Positions 1 through 16,017 of a DNA stretch of 64,000 nt are shown in pieces. The first letter of the stretch is position 1, and each line of letters begins with the position of its first letter. The DNA comes from Eledone cirrhosa (Eukaryota). Position numbers and translations under genes: made by a program. Below the pieces are notes generated by a model, which saw nothing but the letters and a program-made list of their open reading frames with translations, made no database searches and had not been told where the DNA came from. The stretch covers positions 36,642,001 to 36,706,000 of the forward strand of contig OZ024746.1 in NCBI GenBank assembly GCA_964016885.1, in the 5' to 3' direction.

Positions 1-297
1 ACGGATCAAAACCTAGTGTAGTGTTCATTCGATAGGAACGTGACCAGTCATAACTTTGGGAACTCAGTGTCTAAAGAAACCGGGTACTGTGTGTAGCGTT
101 ATGTATAGAGAGCGTAATCGGTCTTAACTGAGTGTGTAATACGTCTAGCTATATCCTAACCGAGAGAACTCAATGGTTAGGGTATCATAAAGTAATGGTG
201 AATGCGCGTAATTGATCTTACCTGAGTGTGTAATCATTCTAATGTGCACTCAGCTGTGAGAACTCTGTGGAACCAGACGGAGTACCGTTTGTAAGGG

Positions 298-544
298 TGC
301 AAACGATTTTAGCTGTCTAACTACCTGAGTCTGTGATTGTCTGTTTTTTTGCTAATTGAGAGAACTGTATGGCTAAGGTAGAGAGGGAGGAGTTAGTGTT
401 AGGTTATTTCCAAAATTCCAGCGGAAATTTTGGAAAGTAACCTACCACTAACTCCTCCCTCTCTACCTTAGCAATAGAGTTCTCTCAATTAGCAAAAAAC
501 AGACAATCAAACACTTAGGTTGTTTGACAGCTAAGATCGTTTGC
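298..544. repeat. Imperfect palindrome (about 120-bp arms, centre about 420) abutting a PLE endonuclease remnant
   Basis: gcaaacgattttagctgtc...aggttatttccaaaatt is mirrored by aattttggaaagtaacct...gacagctaagatcgtttgc. Confidence 0.85.
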
Positions 545-793
545 GACAAATGCTACATAGGTAGCACCACCAGACCAGATCACATTGGAATAAAAGAACA
601 CCTCAACGCTAATGCTTCCTCATATAAGAAACACCTAGTGAAATGCAAAAAGACCGACAAAAACATAATAGATTAGATAGAAGCTAAGGAGAGAAACTTC
701 GGCAATCTTAGAAATAAAGAAGCACTAATTATAGACAAAACGCAACCACCAATCAATAACAGACTAGAACTCAACACCCAATTTGTAACATGA
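542..793 (+). pseudogene. GIY-YIG endonuclease C-terminal remnant of a Penelope-like element (not in ORF track)
   Basis: Manual translation CDKCYIGSTTRPDHIGIKEHL...*...NKEALIIDKTQPPINNR; one internal TAG; YIGxT-R-EH and EA..I...P.IN motifs. Confidence 0.8.
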
Positions 794-1217
794 TAGAGCA
801 CCTAGCCCACACTTAGACATCCACGTATCCTCTCACACTCACACACACACAGAGAGGCATACGCACACACACGCACGCTTACACCTTTACTTATTCTCAC
901 GCACATACAAACACACATAGACCAGTTTTAACATGAACGAACATCTAGCCCCCACATTTACATATAAACATATCCTCTCACACTTACACACATACACACG
1001 CACATATACACACAGACACGCATGTTTTCCCCTCACGTATATTCTCACACACACATACACACACTTAGACATACATGTCCAAACCATTTTAAAGGGAGAC
1101 AGCCCTTTATCCACCTAACCTTCACTCTTTGACATTAGAAATAGAATGGAATTTCTATACTATTTCCTGTCAGCATGACTTGGCAAGCTAATTAGAACAC
1201 TGTATTAGCCCCTTTAC

Positions 1218-1258
1218 TTCCCCCTGAAGAAGAGATTTATCTCGAAATGTTAAGGATA
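1218..1258 (+). ncRNA. Degenerate minimal hammerhead motif in the 3' region of the PLE remnant
   Basis: CTGAAGA-a-GAGAT-tt-ATCTC-GAAA-tgtta; stems I and III imperfect. Confidence 0.5.
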
Positions 1259-1412
1259 TTCAAATAAATTTCAGGTAAGTTACTAATTGTCAACGATATC
1301 TTTTGCATTTATATTTATATTATATACCCATACCTGCATTGTTTCTGGCCTTATAACTTCAAAAGTGTATACCTCACTACGCAATGATTCAAGTAAACTA
1401 CAATTTCCTTTT

Positions 1413-1443
<31 letters not shown>

Positions 1444-1525
1444 CTGTGTGTGTGTGGTATTTCCGTAGAAAGTGTAAAGGTAGGGAGAGTGCTATATGTA
1501 TACTACAGAGCTATTTAATTATTTA

Positions 1526-1610
<85 letters not shown>

Positions 1611-2045
1611 TTGTGTGTGTGTGGTGGTTTACCATTGGAGAGCAATGGTCATTGTGCAATGATAATCTGACATAAAGCATTCGACGTAGGCAACTCATCC
1701 ATCTTTGGTGTTGAATTCTGTTGGTATTGCGGGAACGGTATTAAATATTATAGTGTAGATTAAAATGACAGGAGACGGGACAGGTTGAGTTCCTTCAATT
1801 TTTTTAAATTTCTCTAAACACTCTGCACATCAGTGGCCAGGTTACGTATGAACCTAGTAACATCATTAGGTGTACATTGTGTAATAGTTATATACCAAAG
1901 GTATGATCGTAACAACAATGCAATTGGTCTAAATAGTTAAAGAACAGAAGAAAAACAAAAAAGAACTGAGAAGAAAATGCTTTTTCGTTTTGGACACAAA
2001 GGAGATCATAATCGCCCGTTGTCAGTTGGGCGACCATTGAAATAT

Positions 2046-2142
<97 letters not shown>

Positions 2143-2287
2143 ACCAACGATTAGTATGGTTCTCTGATTACTCAACGAATGCAATTGAACAACAGATTAG
2201 AAGAACTCGACAGTAGGTGTTCCTGGAGTTTTTAACATGATTAAAAATGTTACAAATGAAAAACATTCCCATAATCAGAATATATCC

Positions 2288-2345
2288 TTTATTATATATA
2301 TTTCAAAGGTACTGTGATGTTTCAGTACGTTTTTATCAGGCAAAA
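2288..2345 (-). ncRNA. Decayed HHR of the 23.9/45.1-kb family
   Basis: Minus strand CTGATAA-aaacGTACTG..CAGTACcttt-GAAA-TATATA-TA; G8 mutated. Confidence 0.55.
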
Positions 2346-2465
2346 TATATGATTTGATATATGACATACCGCTACGGTCTTGATTATTCAATTCCAGTAT
2401 ATATATACAAGTGTGTCTGTGAAATATTTATGTATATTTGTGTGCGTGATTACATAATCCGCAAC

Positions 2466-2479
2466 TCTTCCTTTCTCTC

Positions 2480-2558
<79 letters not shown>

Positions 2559-2569
2559 TCCTTTCTCTC

Positions 2570-2629
<60 letters not shown>

Positions 2630-2656
2630 CCTCTCTCTCTATATATCTCTCTCTCT
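2466..2656. repeat. (CT)n microsatellite with internal duplication
   Basis: Direct reading. Confidence 0.95.
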
Positions 2657-3115
2657 CATGGATGCACATAACACGTTGATTGTCACTCAAACCAGAATTG
2701 CCTCTCACTTCCTCTATAATAACTTAAATCATAATTTCTAAACACATAAACTATATAAATAGTTTAAAACCCGAAATACTTTTCAATTTCCAATAATGCA
2801 TGTAAATATTTCTGATCTTTTAAAAATACTGAACTATGTTTTAAATTATTCATTACTGTTGGCAGTTGTTTAAAGTACTTGCATGACCTTTTGCCATTTG
2901 CCTACACCCGGCTTGATTTTTTGTAATAATAACATACCTGAAATTATATCCAAGCTAGACTTGCCTTACATTGATTTTATTTTAGTAGTTTATATTTGTT
3001 TCTCAGTGGTGAAATGGAAATACTTGTAATATTCTGTCCGATGTCAGAAAATGTTGGACCACAAATGGATGGGGTATTGGTTAATGCTTGGTTTTACTCA
3101 AGGGATATAAAATAA

Positions 3116-3226
3116 TTATTTCTACTTTTGGCACAAGGCCAGCAATTATCCCAGTGCATTACTGGTATTTTATTTTATCCACCCCGTAAGGATGAAAGGC
3201 AAAGTTAATCTCAGCGGGATTTGAAT
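3116..3226 (-). mobile_element. Truncated tRNA-derived SINE
   Basis: tttctacttttggcacaaggccagcaatt...ccccgtaaggatgaaaggcaaagtt matches the copies at 53.6 and 60.3-60.7 kb. Confidence 0.85.
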
Positions 3227-3234
3227 GATATGTA

Positions 3235-4740
3235 GATGTGTATATGTCATGATTTTAAGCTGATCTCCAACAGGAAAGTAAACATTGAGAACTTCGTCGA
3301 GGTACAGAAGAGCAAAAATGGTCACCCGGAATGTGAAAGATTGTCTGACGCGTAGCACGGGGCACAAGATTTAGGTGTAGTTTAAAATTGATGCCAACAT
3401 CACTTGTGCAATGCTGATAGAATACGTTTCACATCATGCAGATAATGTACAGATCACGGCTGCGTTGGAGAGAATAACTTGAGTTTTTCTAGTCGACCCC
3501 AAAATTCAAGGTCTGACATGCCTTCTATCTTTTCCGTGATTGGATTTTGGAGAGATTCAATATTCATGATACTTTGTTTCGTGTGGGGAGACCACAGTGG
3601 ACAACAGTATTCAAGGTGTGGTCGGGCAGAAGTGGAGAAGAGAAGGATAAAAATGTGAATATCTCATGACTTGAAGGTTCTCAGAATCGAGGAACACATT
3701 CTGCGTGATATGTCAACTTTGATGTTTATATGAGTGGCCGACTCATGTTGTTATCGACGATTTTTCCCAAGTCTCTGATGTTGTCGGATGTCACAAGTGT
3801 TTCACCTTCTGGAGCTTGGAATCATCCGCAAAGATTATTATGCTGCTGTGGTTGATGATGTCAGTAATGTAATTAATATTGATAATGAAAATAAGGAGGC
3901 CTATCACAGTGCCTTGTGGGACACCACTTCCGACTTTGGCTGGGCTGGATTTTACTCGTTCAACTACAACATGTTGGGCTATGTTTGAAAGGAAATACTG
4001 TATCCACTGCAGAAACTTTTCATTGACACCAATGTTGGATAGTTTCCCTTAGTAGAATGATGTGATCAACCTTGTGAAGGCCTTGCTGAAATTAAGGTAG
4101 ATGACATCAGTGTTGGAGCCCTCTCCAAAGCGCTCAAAATGTCAGAAAATTGATGCAGTAACTGCATTAGGCAATCCCTTCCATTACGGAAACCCTGTTG
4201 GTTGGAATTCAGCAGATTATTGCTTTCTAGTGAGTTATTCGTGATCTCATCACCTACTCAAATGCCTTACTGATATGAGAGGTGAGTGAGATCGGACGGC
4301 AATTCACAGCAAGGGATTTGTTTCACATTTTGAAAACTGGGACAACAGACTGGAATAAAAAGTTTTCTGCCCAGCATTCAGTGTGTTCCTCCACAGATTA
4401 GCAAGAGGGGGTGCACGTTTGGTTGACACACCTCCAGGACACTACCAGGTAACTATCGGGGCCTACTGTGGAATTGTGTTTAGTTTCTTTTATTGCCGCT
4501 AAGACATCAAGTGTGTCAAACGTTATGTTCGATGTTGGGGATTAAAATCATTGATACAGCCCAGATCAGTGCTATCAGAATTGCTGAAAACAGAGCAGTA
4601 ATGGTTCTGGAATATCTCACCCATGGCTTTAGCATTAGGTTGGAGAGTGCTATTTTCACCAATTAGTGAGCCAGCAGTGGAACCAGTGACTCTTGCAAAT
4701 GAACTTTGGGATTGAATTTGATTTTCTCTATGGCCCGGGT
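3235..4740 (-). mobile_element. Decayed CR1/L2-group LINE reverse transcriptase
   Basis: Minus-strand peptides NCRPISLTSH, QGFRNGR, VIYLNFSKAF, SGVPQGTVIG, FADDSK, IRDLG, RPHLEYCCPLWSP, with stops and frameshifts. Confidence 0.85.
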
Positions 4741-7525
4741 CTCTTCAGTTGCTATACACAGGTTTAATACACGCATATTTAAATATCGTTATACACTAAT
4801 TTATTTTGACAATTGTTTAATGCTGTTTTTATGATAATAGAATTTGGAGTATTGTGCGTTTGGAGTATCTACATAGTAGGCAATCTGCTTAGTATTACGA
4901 CCCGAAAACCTTATTCAAATCAGGCGTACGTTACTTTACATTCCACCTCGAATGTCATGGAAATATTGGCAGAAATTAGTTTAGTCGAAAGTTTACTATA
5001 ACTCTATGCATTCTAGTTTAAGAAAAAGAAACATTTCACCTCACCAGTAACTATTAACTAATTTGAAGATATCCAGAACATAGAAAATATCACTGTCGTT
5101 TAACTAAAGTGATTAGGATACCGACACACTCCTTGACTATAAAAGGCACTTGAACAAGGCCAGACATTACAAATCTTGAAACGTTGGAATTGTTGGATCC
5201 AAGATGAAGACAACTGTCTGAATAAATATCTCTACTGCAGAGGAAATGTCTGGACATCAAATAAAATCAATGCATCATTATTTTGATAATCTTATAGATG
5301 TTCTTGCCATATTTTGACCTATAGACGTCTTTTATATCTTATTTAAAAATACCCCCGGCCATGTATTTCTGCTTTCCTTTCATATTGAACCTGGAAAAAG
5401 TACCTTACATTCTGTCATTTCTGTGAACAAAATATAACTGTTGTTGAACTTGCTTATTTTTATTTAATATATATTTTCATCTACACCTGATGCCAAACAC
5501 AAACGTCTTTTTCTTCCATTTACTATATTTATATTTCTTTTTCAATTTAAATATTTCCAAGTGTTTATTTTGTACTTTATTTCATATAGTTATAACATGC
5601 TTTGTTCTGTTTTTATTCTTAGTTTTAAGTTTTCAATCAGAAATGTTGTTATTTTAAACTTATCTAAAACACACTTAGTACAAAAATTGCTTTGCATGCA
5701 AATGATATGATTTTCGTCTCTCATTATAGGAGCTCTATTGTATTTGTGGACACAATTTTCGGAAAAGAAATTGCTTCAGTAAGTTAACTCTTGAATCGGC
5801 GATAAATCGACTCGATATACATAAGAATTTATGCTTGATAGGATAGATTTTGAATTCACATTGATAATAAGCCCCAGGCAAACACAGTTGGTCACAAAGG
5901 GAAGAACACTTTCCATTGAAATAATGACAATCATTCTCAATAATAAATAAACGGTACAGAAACATATAAAAAGAAAACATTCATTTATAAAATATCGTTT
6001 TATAAATTAAGTTGATCTATCAGACTGCTTAAGTGAGTACATTCAGATACAATCTCGAATAATTTTGCGCTATACCGAACAAAGTGCTTTATATTCAATG
6101 GTGCTATCTTATGGAACACTTCCTGAATCCAGAATATTTTCGCTCAATTAATATAATAAATCACGCATTTGATGGAATTTCTAACTCATAACAGATTTCG
6201 GTAATGACAGTGATCTGATGATTATAAATGTCTACATCTGATAATTGTAAAAGTTTACAGTTAGTCAAAATGAATGGTTCATTGGCTACCCCTATTACAG
6301 AAAACTGTTCTCAAATTTTCTCGCTAATGTTTGAACGGAACTACTAAATCAATTGCTTAGCTATGAATTACTGGTAGGAGCATTGTGGTAACTTAATACT
6401 ACTTGATATAGTAAAACATTCTCTAGTTTACATTGTAATCATATTGATGTATTTCTCGTAGTAAACTTAATGTTATTCTTAAAAGCTTTTATTCACAGGA
6501 GGACAACTACAGTATATTATTGATAAGTTTTCAACATGTTAGTTTCATGTTATCGTTTCAATTCGTGGGGGTGTTCTATTTCCTTAATTTGTTGCGTACT
6601 TAATATTATCTCACCTGATAGGGGTTTCGGCATTTCATAATTACATTTGGACATTGGCACAGATCATTATTTTTAATTGTATTCGCTGCAGCACAAAGGA
6701 AATTCTCTGGATAGAATATTCCATATGAAGCTCTAATAAAAATAGCAACCAAATAGATTTTTATAGCTGAACTTACCGTTTGCAAAAAACATTAATACTA
6801 TAGAGCCACTCATATCCTTACTAGTAATAGTTAGCTATAGAAGATGCATGTGACATTCCAACATTACAACCGGGAAATGTCATCACATTTGTGAATACAC
6901 ATGTATCACTACACATGATTCGGAATCATATTAATTCTAATTCTTACAATTATCCCATTTTTCCAGAAATTAGGATATCATATATGAAGAAAGATGATCA
7001 TATTAAACATCTTTATTTGATTGCAAATTCCAGCATTGACTAATTTTATAGATTTATATCCAACCCTCTACGTTTGAAAACTGCAATAGATCATCTGTCA
7101 AGAATTTGGAAATAGGGTATATGGAAGAACATTATGTCTATTCTGAATAGGAGAAACAAATCTGATCACGGATATATGTACGATGTTATAGTAGGAATAT
7201 TACCACTCTAGATATGGACATAGGTAAACAAAATAATAGATTGGCTATATCCCTAGAATAAATATAATATACATTAGATACATTTTTAAAGAAATATCGA
7301 CACATTCAATAATGTATACCTAAATCTATATGTAGTTATAGTTACCTAAATCTATATTTATAGTCATCACTGCTATAAATATAAGAAATAATTTGTGTTA
7401 CTCTCAACGTAACCACATATATAATACAAACTCAGTAGAAAACCAAATGGCATACATTCTTAAATTAATATAAATTGCTAACAATAAACAGACGCTGTTC
7501 ATTACACATTCATTCACATGCATTG

Positions 7526-7565
<40 letters not shown>

Positions 7566-7714
7566 TTCATTGACATCTTCATATTTTTCAAATTTTCAGT
7601 TAGATTAACAATGTCGATCTCGAACGAGGAATGTGTTTTAAATATAATAGATAAGCATATTATCGACGTTACCCTTCACGTACGATATTTTAGATTTAGT
7701 CTGCATTCTCAGAC

Positions 7715-7885
7715 GAATTAACAGAGTCTTTAGAACGCCCGATAGAATGCTTTATAGTATTCGTTCCGGGATAGAGTGCTTTATGGTATTCGTTTGGGTA
7801 CCCTGCTAACTGCTTTCAAATCCCGCCGAGGTCAACTTTGTCTTTTATCCTGAGCTCGAAAAAAAATATTACCAGTCAAGTACCT
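7715..7885 (+). mobile_element. Decayed SINE copy
   Basis: B-box-like ttcaaatcccgccgaggtcaactttgtcttttatcc followed by taccagtcaagtac. Confidence 0.65.
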
Positions 7886-8569
7886 CCATTCTTCCTCTGT
7901 CTTAAGAAAATCTGCTGTACACAGAAAAGACCGATGGGCTCCGTCGGGCGTAAAGTGCCCAAGAAATGCCCGTCTTTCACATATAATGTACATAATTATG
8001 TCTGTTTCCATGTAAATATATAAAGAAGTGATGTCACAGCGAGGTGTAGGAGCGTCATTATTTAAACAAGTCACTTCTAGGACATTTTTAAACCTGGAGA
8101 AGTCCAATGCTCTCCAGTTCTGAATACAGCTGATATCTTTCTGAGAAGAGTAGGTAGAGAGTGAAATAACTGAAGTAAGAAAGGGATATGGAGGAATAAT
8201 CGACCCACGTACTAGAACGGTACTTTTTTCCGTTACCTCGAATGTATGAGTGGCAAATTTGAACTTGGTAGGGTTTGAATTCAGAGCGAAGTCGAATTGG
8301 ATGACGCAATATAATCCTTCCGACCTTATAACAACTCTACCAATTCACAGCCTATACGTTCAAATATAAAATAGCATTAATGGTAATAGTTTGCATGTAA
8401 AACAAATTGAGGAGACATAATATCTATGCTGATTGAAAATTGAATGTTAGCAGTACCAGTGAGAGACTTGATGACTGTCGTTAGGGAATAGTAACCAGAA
8501 ATTGTTTATTTATATTTTTTAACATCCCTGGTAATCTTCTATATATTTACTCCATATTGATTTACTTAT

Positions 8570-9281
<712 letters not shown>

Positions 9282-9850
9282 AGAATTACAATGTTAACTC
9301 CAACACAGCTGCATACAAACGTATATGCGAGGTTGTGTATCGAAAAATATACTACATGTTTACGAATAAGTACTTGAAAGCATTTAGCTGTAGATCCTAA
9401 AGGGGATGACTGACGTCATCTAACTTGTTCAAACAGAAGAAGGTGGGGCGTCACCGAGAGCTCTGTTTCTGGTTCATAGTATATGTTGGAGCAAATATTC
9501 TAAATCTAATTTTTAATATAGCGTGAGCCGGCTTAATTTCTGTATTCAAATGGGGCTGTTCATCCCAACATATACATAATTGAAATAGCTATATCTTCTC
9601 TGCTTATTTAAATTTTAGTAAGAAGCAGAGAAGGGGAAACGTATCCTCGATAACGGTCGGATGCTTTTTTTGCTTCTGGTGGAAGAATGTAGATTATGTC
9701 TGTCATCACCTTCGTAAACGTATCGTATATTATTCGATATACAACATTCAAACACACTCATACACACACAACACACACAAGCACCTAACACACCGACAAA
9801 CACACACATACACACACAAACAAACACACAGAGAGACAGGCAGACAGACA

Positions 9851-9952
<102 letters not shown>

Positions 9953-11902
9953 TATATATATATAAATGTATAATTATTAGTATTCCTTAATGACCCCATT
10001 GTGTCCCCTAAGACTAATTATATATATTCTAAAATGTGTATTCGTACCCAATTCATTTATTTTAATTAGTTGTAGAAGAAGATTAAGAGTTCTGTATTAA
10101 GGGGTTAATGTTTACCGACATATTTACAAGTGGGAGAAGCTCAATCACACATTACCACGAGGCCTCGTCTGAACGAAATTGCCTTAAATATACCATATTA
10201 TTGGCAACATGCAAAAATATCCATTAAAATTCACATCAAGTTTTTGGTGTAGCGGTCAGCGCAACTGAATGGACAGGCCATAAATATTTATACATTGATT
10301 GATTTATTTTACATTTTTTTTAGAAAATACCTCCCTTCATATTTTCTTTTATTCATATTAAATAACTTTTTTGTATTTTCTATCTTTATTTATTTTTATT
10401 TTTCTTCCTCTCCTTTTTCTCCTCCTTTTCTTCTTCTTCTTATTGTTGTTGTGGTTGTTTTTGTTATTTCATTTTTGTCTGAGGTAGATACGCGTCGCAC
10501 TAGTCTATGGGTGTACTGCTTGTATTTCGATTTTGAGAAGTTTTCTTTTTTGATTAGTATTTTATAGATTTATTTGCTGTTTATTCTCGCCCCACGTGTG
10601 AAAAATTTGAAACGAATTTATTTTCATTTTATTTGTATTTCAAACAATATTTTTTTTTTTAATAGCATTTCATGTTATCGCTGTGAGCCTGACCCTCATG
10701 ATCTCAGTTCCGGTTCATTAATAGTAGCAATACGAGCATGCCAAAGGCAACTTTGCATCAGCTAAATAATTAAAATACGGGGAAGGAGATACATTACTCC
10801 TTGAACAGTAATATTAATAGCAAGAACAACAGCAACATCCGGAACAACAGGACCCGAAAGCGAGGGTAGTACAATACCATAGCCATGTTTACAAGAGGAA
10901 ATATCGAAGAATTGCCCCACCGTCACCAGCACCAGCATTCTATAACGAAACAAAAATCTAGACATTTGCTCAAAGATTAGAAGACTCACAATTCCGAATG
11001 TGAATGTCTCAAAATGACGTGTTATCTGCCAGAAACGACTGTTCAGATGAGTTATGTTTTCACTACTCTGTGCTAATTTATCTCGGACATCATTTTATCT
11101 GCCCGACATGGCAGTAACAACGTTAAAAGTACGGTGCCTGGTTTTATTTCTAATCACATTAATTGCTGAATGGTCTATGCCTTGCTCATAAATTCAAGGG
11201 GGAGATTCGAAAATACCTTAAGGATTACATGGAGTAATTCTTTGGAAGTAAAGAGAGTAAATCTACTCAGAAATGTTTAACATTCCGACAATTAATGATG
11301 GGTGATTTATTCAATATGCTGGTGTAAATATTGACCAAATGTCTCGTGTTATATAGATTGCAACCTCATTCTCATCCAAAAGCTGGTAGGCCCATGCTCT
11401 GTCAACGAAGAAGTTCCCACACACTCCTACGTTCAGAAAGAGCTAAGACCCCTCAATAGGCATCATTGTTGGTCCCCTCTCCTTCACTCCTTCCTTCATA
11501 TAATTGCATTATCTTTCCATGAAACTCCTACCAGTCTTTCGGTTTTGGATCATATTTAGCTTTGCCCGTCTATTCCGAAAATGCAAGCCATGGTTGAAAA
11601 TAGAAAAAACAAATGGAAACATAGTTTGCTTTGTTCGATGTAAGGGTCGATTAATTTTCTTTATATCAGTATTAATACCATACTCCAATCTAATCATTGA
11701 TATTTTTCTGGTAGCATTTTCACCGCTATCACAACAAAACACGAGCAACGAGTGGTATTGTAGGTAGTCACTATAACTGCTATAAATAACTCCAACATTT
11801 CTATAAAAACATCCTCTAATGACGGAAAAAGGCATGTTCCTATTATATAATTTATAAATTTGTCTGAAAATGTACGAATGGATGTTCAACGGTGTAAAGC
11901 TA

Positions 11903-12860
11903 TTCTTCTTCTTCTTCTTCTTCTTCTTCTTCTTCTTCTTCTTCTTCTACGACGACCACTTAATTCCGTTTGGGTCGTAGGAGCAGAATCCTTCAGACAT
12001 TTCAGAAGCATCCGTTTCCAATGTATCCAGGTAAATCCCCAAGAGAGTGTTGCCGAGCTCATGGCCTTTATTCAATCCTTTTGCTTTGAGTTTACCCTAG
12101 GACTTCCTGCTGGTTGGTTTTGCCTATAAAATTCGTACAGTGATTGTGACCTGCATAATTTAACCACATATCCATAGTGTCGAAGCTTTGCTCTCTCTAT
12201 TCGGAGAAGTAGCGGCTCTACCATGTGGGAATCGATGATTTATAAGCTACGCATTCTACTGAATCACGTTGCTCCCAAGACCGCTGAGTATAACAACATC
12301 TTTCCACAGAATTAACAATGAAATTCACTATTCAACAACAGCTGAATACATAATAGATTCGTTGCCTCACTGCTCAGTAAATTAATATAACATTAATGTA
12401 TTACAAATAACAATACGGGAAAGATTGGACTATATAGAAGGTACGTGTGTATGTAGCATCCGTGTTAATATTTCAGAAAGAATACTCGATCACCACTATC
12501 ACAAATGAAATAATCCAATACTATATAGAAGAATCTCCATTGTTTTTCCGAAATCCAGGCAGAATCAGCTTAGTAATCTATGAGCACCGATGGGAATGGT
12601 TAAACTGTTGCACTGGTGGATAGCGAAGTAGCCGTGTTGAATTATTGTCACCAACTCATGGAGCTCTCATATTTCAGCAGATTGCGGTCCTTCGTTTGTG
12701 TCGGCAACGAAGTCTGAATCTGTCACCGAATGCAGAAGGGTGTCAATTTGTTGTGACCAAGATTACATAATTACTATGTAGGAAAGGGAAGATCGTGATA
12801 TCACCTTGCCTTTGCAGTCCCCTCAGCACAAACCCACTGACTCCTTGCTATTTCACGAGT
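11903..12860 (-). mobile_element. Decayed RTE-like LINE 3' portion with (GAA)n tail
   Basis: Minus-strand RQGD, FVADT and RAKLRHYGYVV (RLRWFGHV-like) remnants ending in (GAA)n at 11903-11948. Confidence 0.45.
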
Positions 12861-12909
12861 TTGATCATTCCACATAAGTTTCACAATGTCTAGGCGTTAT
12901 ATGTATTGG

Positions 12910-12911
<2 letters not shown>

Positions 12912-12970
<59 letters not shown>
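12912..12970. repeat. (TAG)n microsatellite
   Basis: Direct reading. Confidence 0.95.
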
Positions 12971-12971
<1 letters not shown>

Positions 12972-15870
12972 AAATACGAGAGGTAAGTAGGCCATGATAT
13001 GATGGGATTATAGCTGGAATAAAACGGAGAGTAATATTAGACTGTAAGAATAGATAGACAGCTTTAGATAAGAACAAAAATAAACGAAATATTAACGTCA
13101 CGAATTCGAAAAGGCTTCTGCATATCAGTTAAATCTTTTGAAAAAGAAACAAACTTTATCTATATATGAATAACGAAAAACATTCACACGTACACAGGGA
13201 CACATAAAGCCACACACACAAATGTATACATTCTTGCATATGACAGTATATATATATATATATATATAGACATATATATGTATAGAGAGAGGGGGGAGGG
13301 GAGAGAAAGAAAGAGAGAGACAGAGAAAGACAAAGAGAGAGAGTGCGAGACAGTGAAAGTCAGAGAGTGAATGAAACGAACATAGACGAAGATAGACGAA
13401 GAGAGATATGGAAAATAGTCTGACGGAAGGATAACGGAAGAGAAAGTGGGCGACCTATAGTTGAGACACTTCGGCGTGTGTTTAATGAAAACACATTTTC
13501 CTTCGGTGTGAAATATTGTTAAAAGATATAATTTTCTTTATGTGATCATGGAAATAGATAATGAGCTGATTTACACTAGTTCCTAACAACTGGAACAATG
13601 TGATCTGAGAGACATATATTTTTCTACCTTAATTTGTTTCACAGTAGAATACTTCAGAGCTCAATTACACTTTGGATATATATACAAATATTAACAAATT
13701 TAAGCCGTATGTTTTTTGGTAGAGATGCATATTTAATTTAACTGTATAAGGTTTTTGCATTTGATAAACCATAGTTTCCCCCTTTATCAAAAAACAAAGA
13801 CAGTGACACGGTTAATTTTCACTTCCACAGACGCCTTTTTAACTTCTAACCAACTAAACAATTAGATTTTCCCAAATATTTCAGTGTTCGGTTTGTTAAA
13901 TCTTAAGAAACCATTATCAAGTTATTAATTATCTTTCATAACAAGAACGAAGGCTAGACGTGATAGTCGTTAATGAATGAATTTCGTGTCAGCACTTTTA
14001 CCTGTAATTTATATAAAAACAGAAGGTTTCTATTACTGACTTTCTTTCTGGAGCTATTTCATATATCAATTAACTTTTTTTAAATATTCGTAAAAAATGG
14101 CATGTCGAGAGGTAAACCACATAAGATTATTTAATTATTTTAGAGCCTCTAGAATCCGGAGTCCCCAGATGTAACTGATACTTCCAACATTTGAAACATG
14201 CCATGATCTATAACTCAAAGAAGTAAGAAGTTATGACATTAGATCTTTAATCATCACATATTTAACAAATATGAACATGGCCGTCACAGCACATCAGGAT
14301 GCACAGAGTCTCTTTATTTTAATTGAAGTGTAATCTTATCTTGAGCAATCTTTATACGATTAGTGATGAGTAAAAAAGATTCCTGCCGACAACAAAGCTA
14401 GTTTACATTTCGCAAACAATTCATATTTCCACATGTGAACAATGTTCATGATATAATTAAGGAAAATATAATTAGTACAAAGATACTGACTAAATTTAAT
14501 TTAGATTTAAAGAAACTACATAACTCTGATCATTGAATGTCTACTTCGAGTAACATAGTATATTAATATATAATAAATCATACTGATGGATATTTACAAT
14601 TAACTGGAAGGATGTATATTAAATAAGATGGGCATAAAATCGGACAGATAGACATCATTAGAGAAAGGAAAGACAAATCGTTGAAGAAAAGGCCAGAAAC
14701 GTTAGAATGGATGTAATATATTTTTGAATGGATGTGATATTGACAGAGAATTTAGTAAGGAAGTATGAGATATCGTATCGTTTAGTGGGGCAAACAATAA
14801 TGAAGTGGAAATTGTAAAGTTATGAAGGATTTTCAGTGGAAATATTGGTGCAAATAATCTGTACAGTGATACATTCATTTTTTCGCCCCAACAATAATTT
14901 CGGCATGTTCAGGTTAAAGTGAAATAAAGTATAAAGATTGTGTATTAATAAGAATCTTTAGTAATAGTAGGCATTGGGGATGGGTTAGAAACCGTTAGAG
15001 AAATAAGAAACGCGCTTGTACTTATATTAGATGTTCTAAATATAATTAAATTGAAATAGTGCTAGCGAGAAATAGCTTAGAGAAACATTCTGTTTCAACG
15101 GTCGGCTATTTAGTTATAGCCAAAAGATATAGGGCGATAACTACGTACTAAAGGGAGAGCGCTAAGAGATGAATGTGGAATGAGGGAAGGATGCAGGAAT
15201 GGCGAAAACGTGGATATTAAATATAGACAAAAATATGAAATTATAACATATTATGGTCTTCATATGAAACAGATATTGATATATAGGAGGAAAAAGAATT
15301 AAACAAAAATGTAATACGATACATATTAGGAAATTTTAAACCAAAATGTAAGTTCACATGATAAAGGTATATTCATCCATAGTGAGATTCAAAATCATAG
15401 AATACATACTAGTCAATCATCCATTTGTTGTTTTGATATCAAAACATAAGTTATACTTAGGAAACAGTCACTTTGAAATATATAAGCATTTGGAAATATA
15501 TAATATACATTTTCAGGTATATACATTCCGTCATTTAGCACTAATTGCTCCAATTTCACACCATCTTCTTCGTAACTACATTATGCGGTACCTGTATCCA
15601 CCTCCACTCACACCTATCACCCAATCTGTGTGCCGGTATCATTTATACCAATGGAACTAGTAACATCGATAGTGATCAATTTAATCTGACTTTGCACAAG
15701 ATAGAGAACGAATGAAAGAACCCTTCTCCTGCACTGGTCATTTCTACAATATATATATGTATATACATTTATATACATATAGATACATATGGACCTTTTA
15801 TTGTTATCCAAATACATTTTTTCGAATTAAAACCCGCCCGTCCCTTCAATCTCTCTCATATCTCATTCTA

Positions 15871-15906
15871 TCTTCTGATGAAGGAATAGCGTCAGAAAGG
15901 TCAATA
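15871..15906 (+). ncRNA. Degenerate minimal HHR motif
   Basis: CTGATGA-agga-atagcg-tca-GAAA-gg-TC; stems partly broken. Confidence 0.4.
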
Positions 15907-16017
15907 CCCCTTCCTGCTATTTCAAGCGTTAACCTAATATTTTCCTTTCATATACTGTACCGATTGTGTTGTTATTTCTGTTTACCGTTTACATATATAT
16001 AGGAAAATATATGGACG

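Noticed and set aside
5125-5200. SLTIK..QGQTL..NVGI, resembling a Pif1/Helitron helicase motif
   Set aside because: Needs several frameshifts; too short to call without a search
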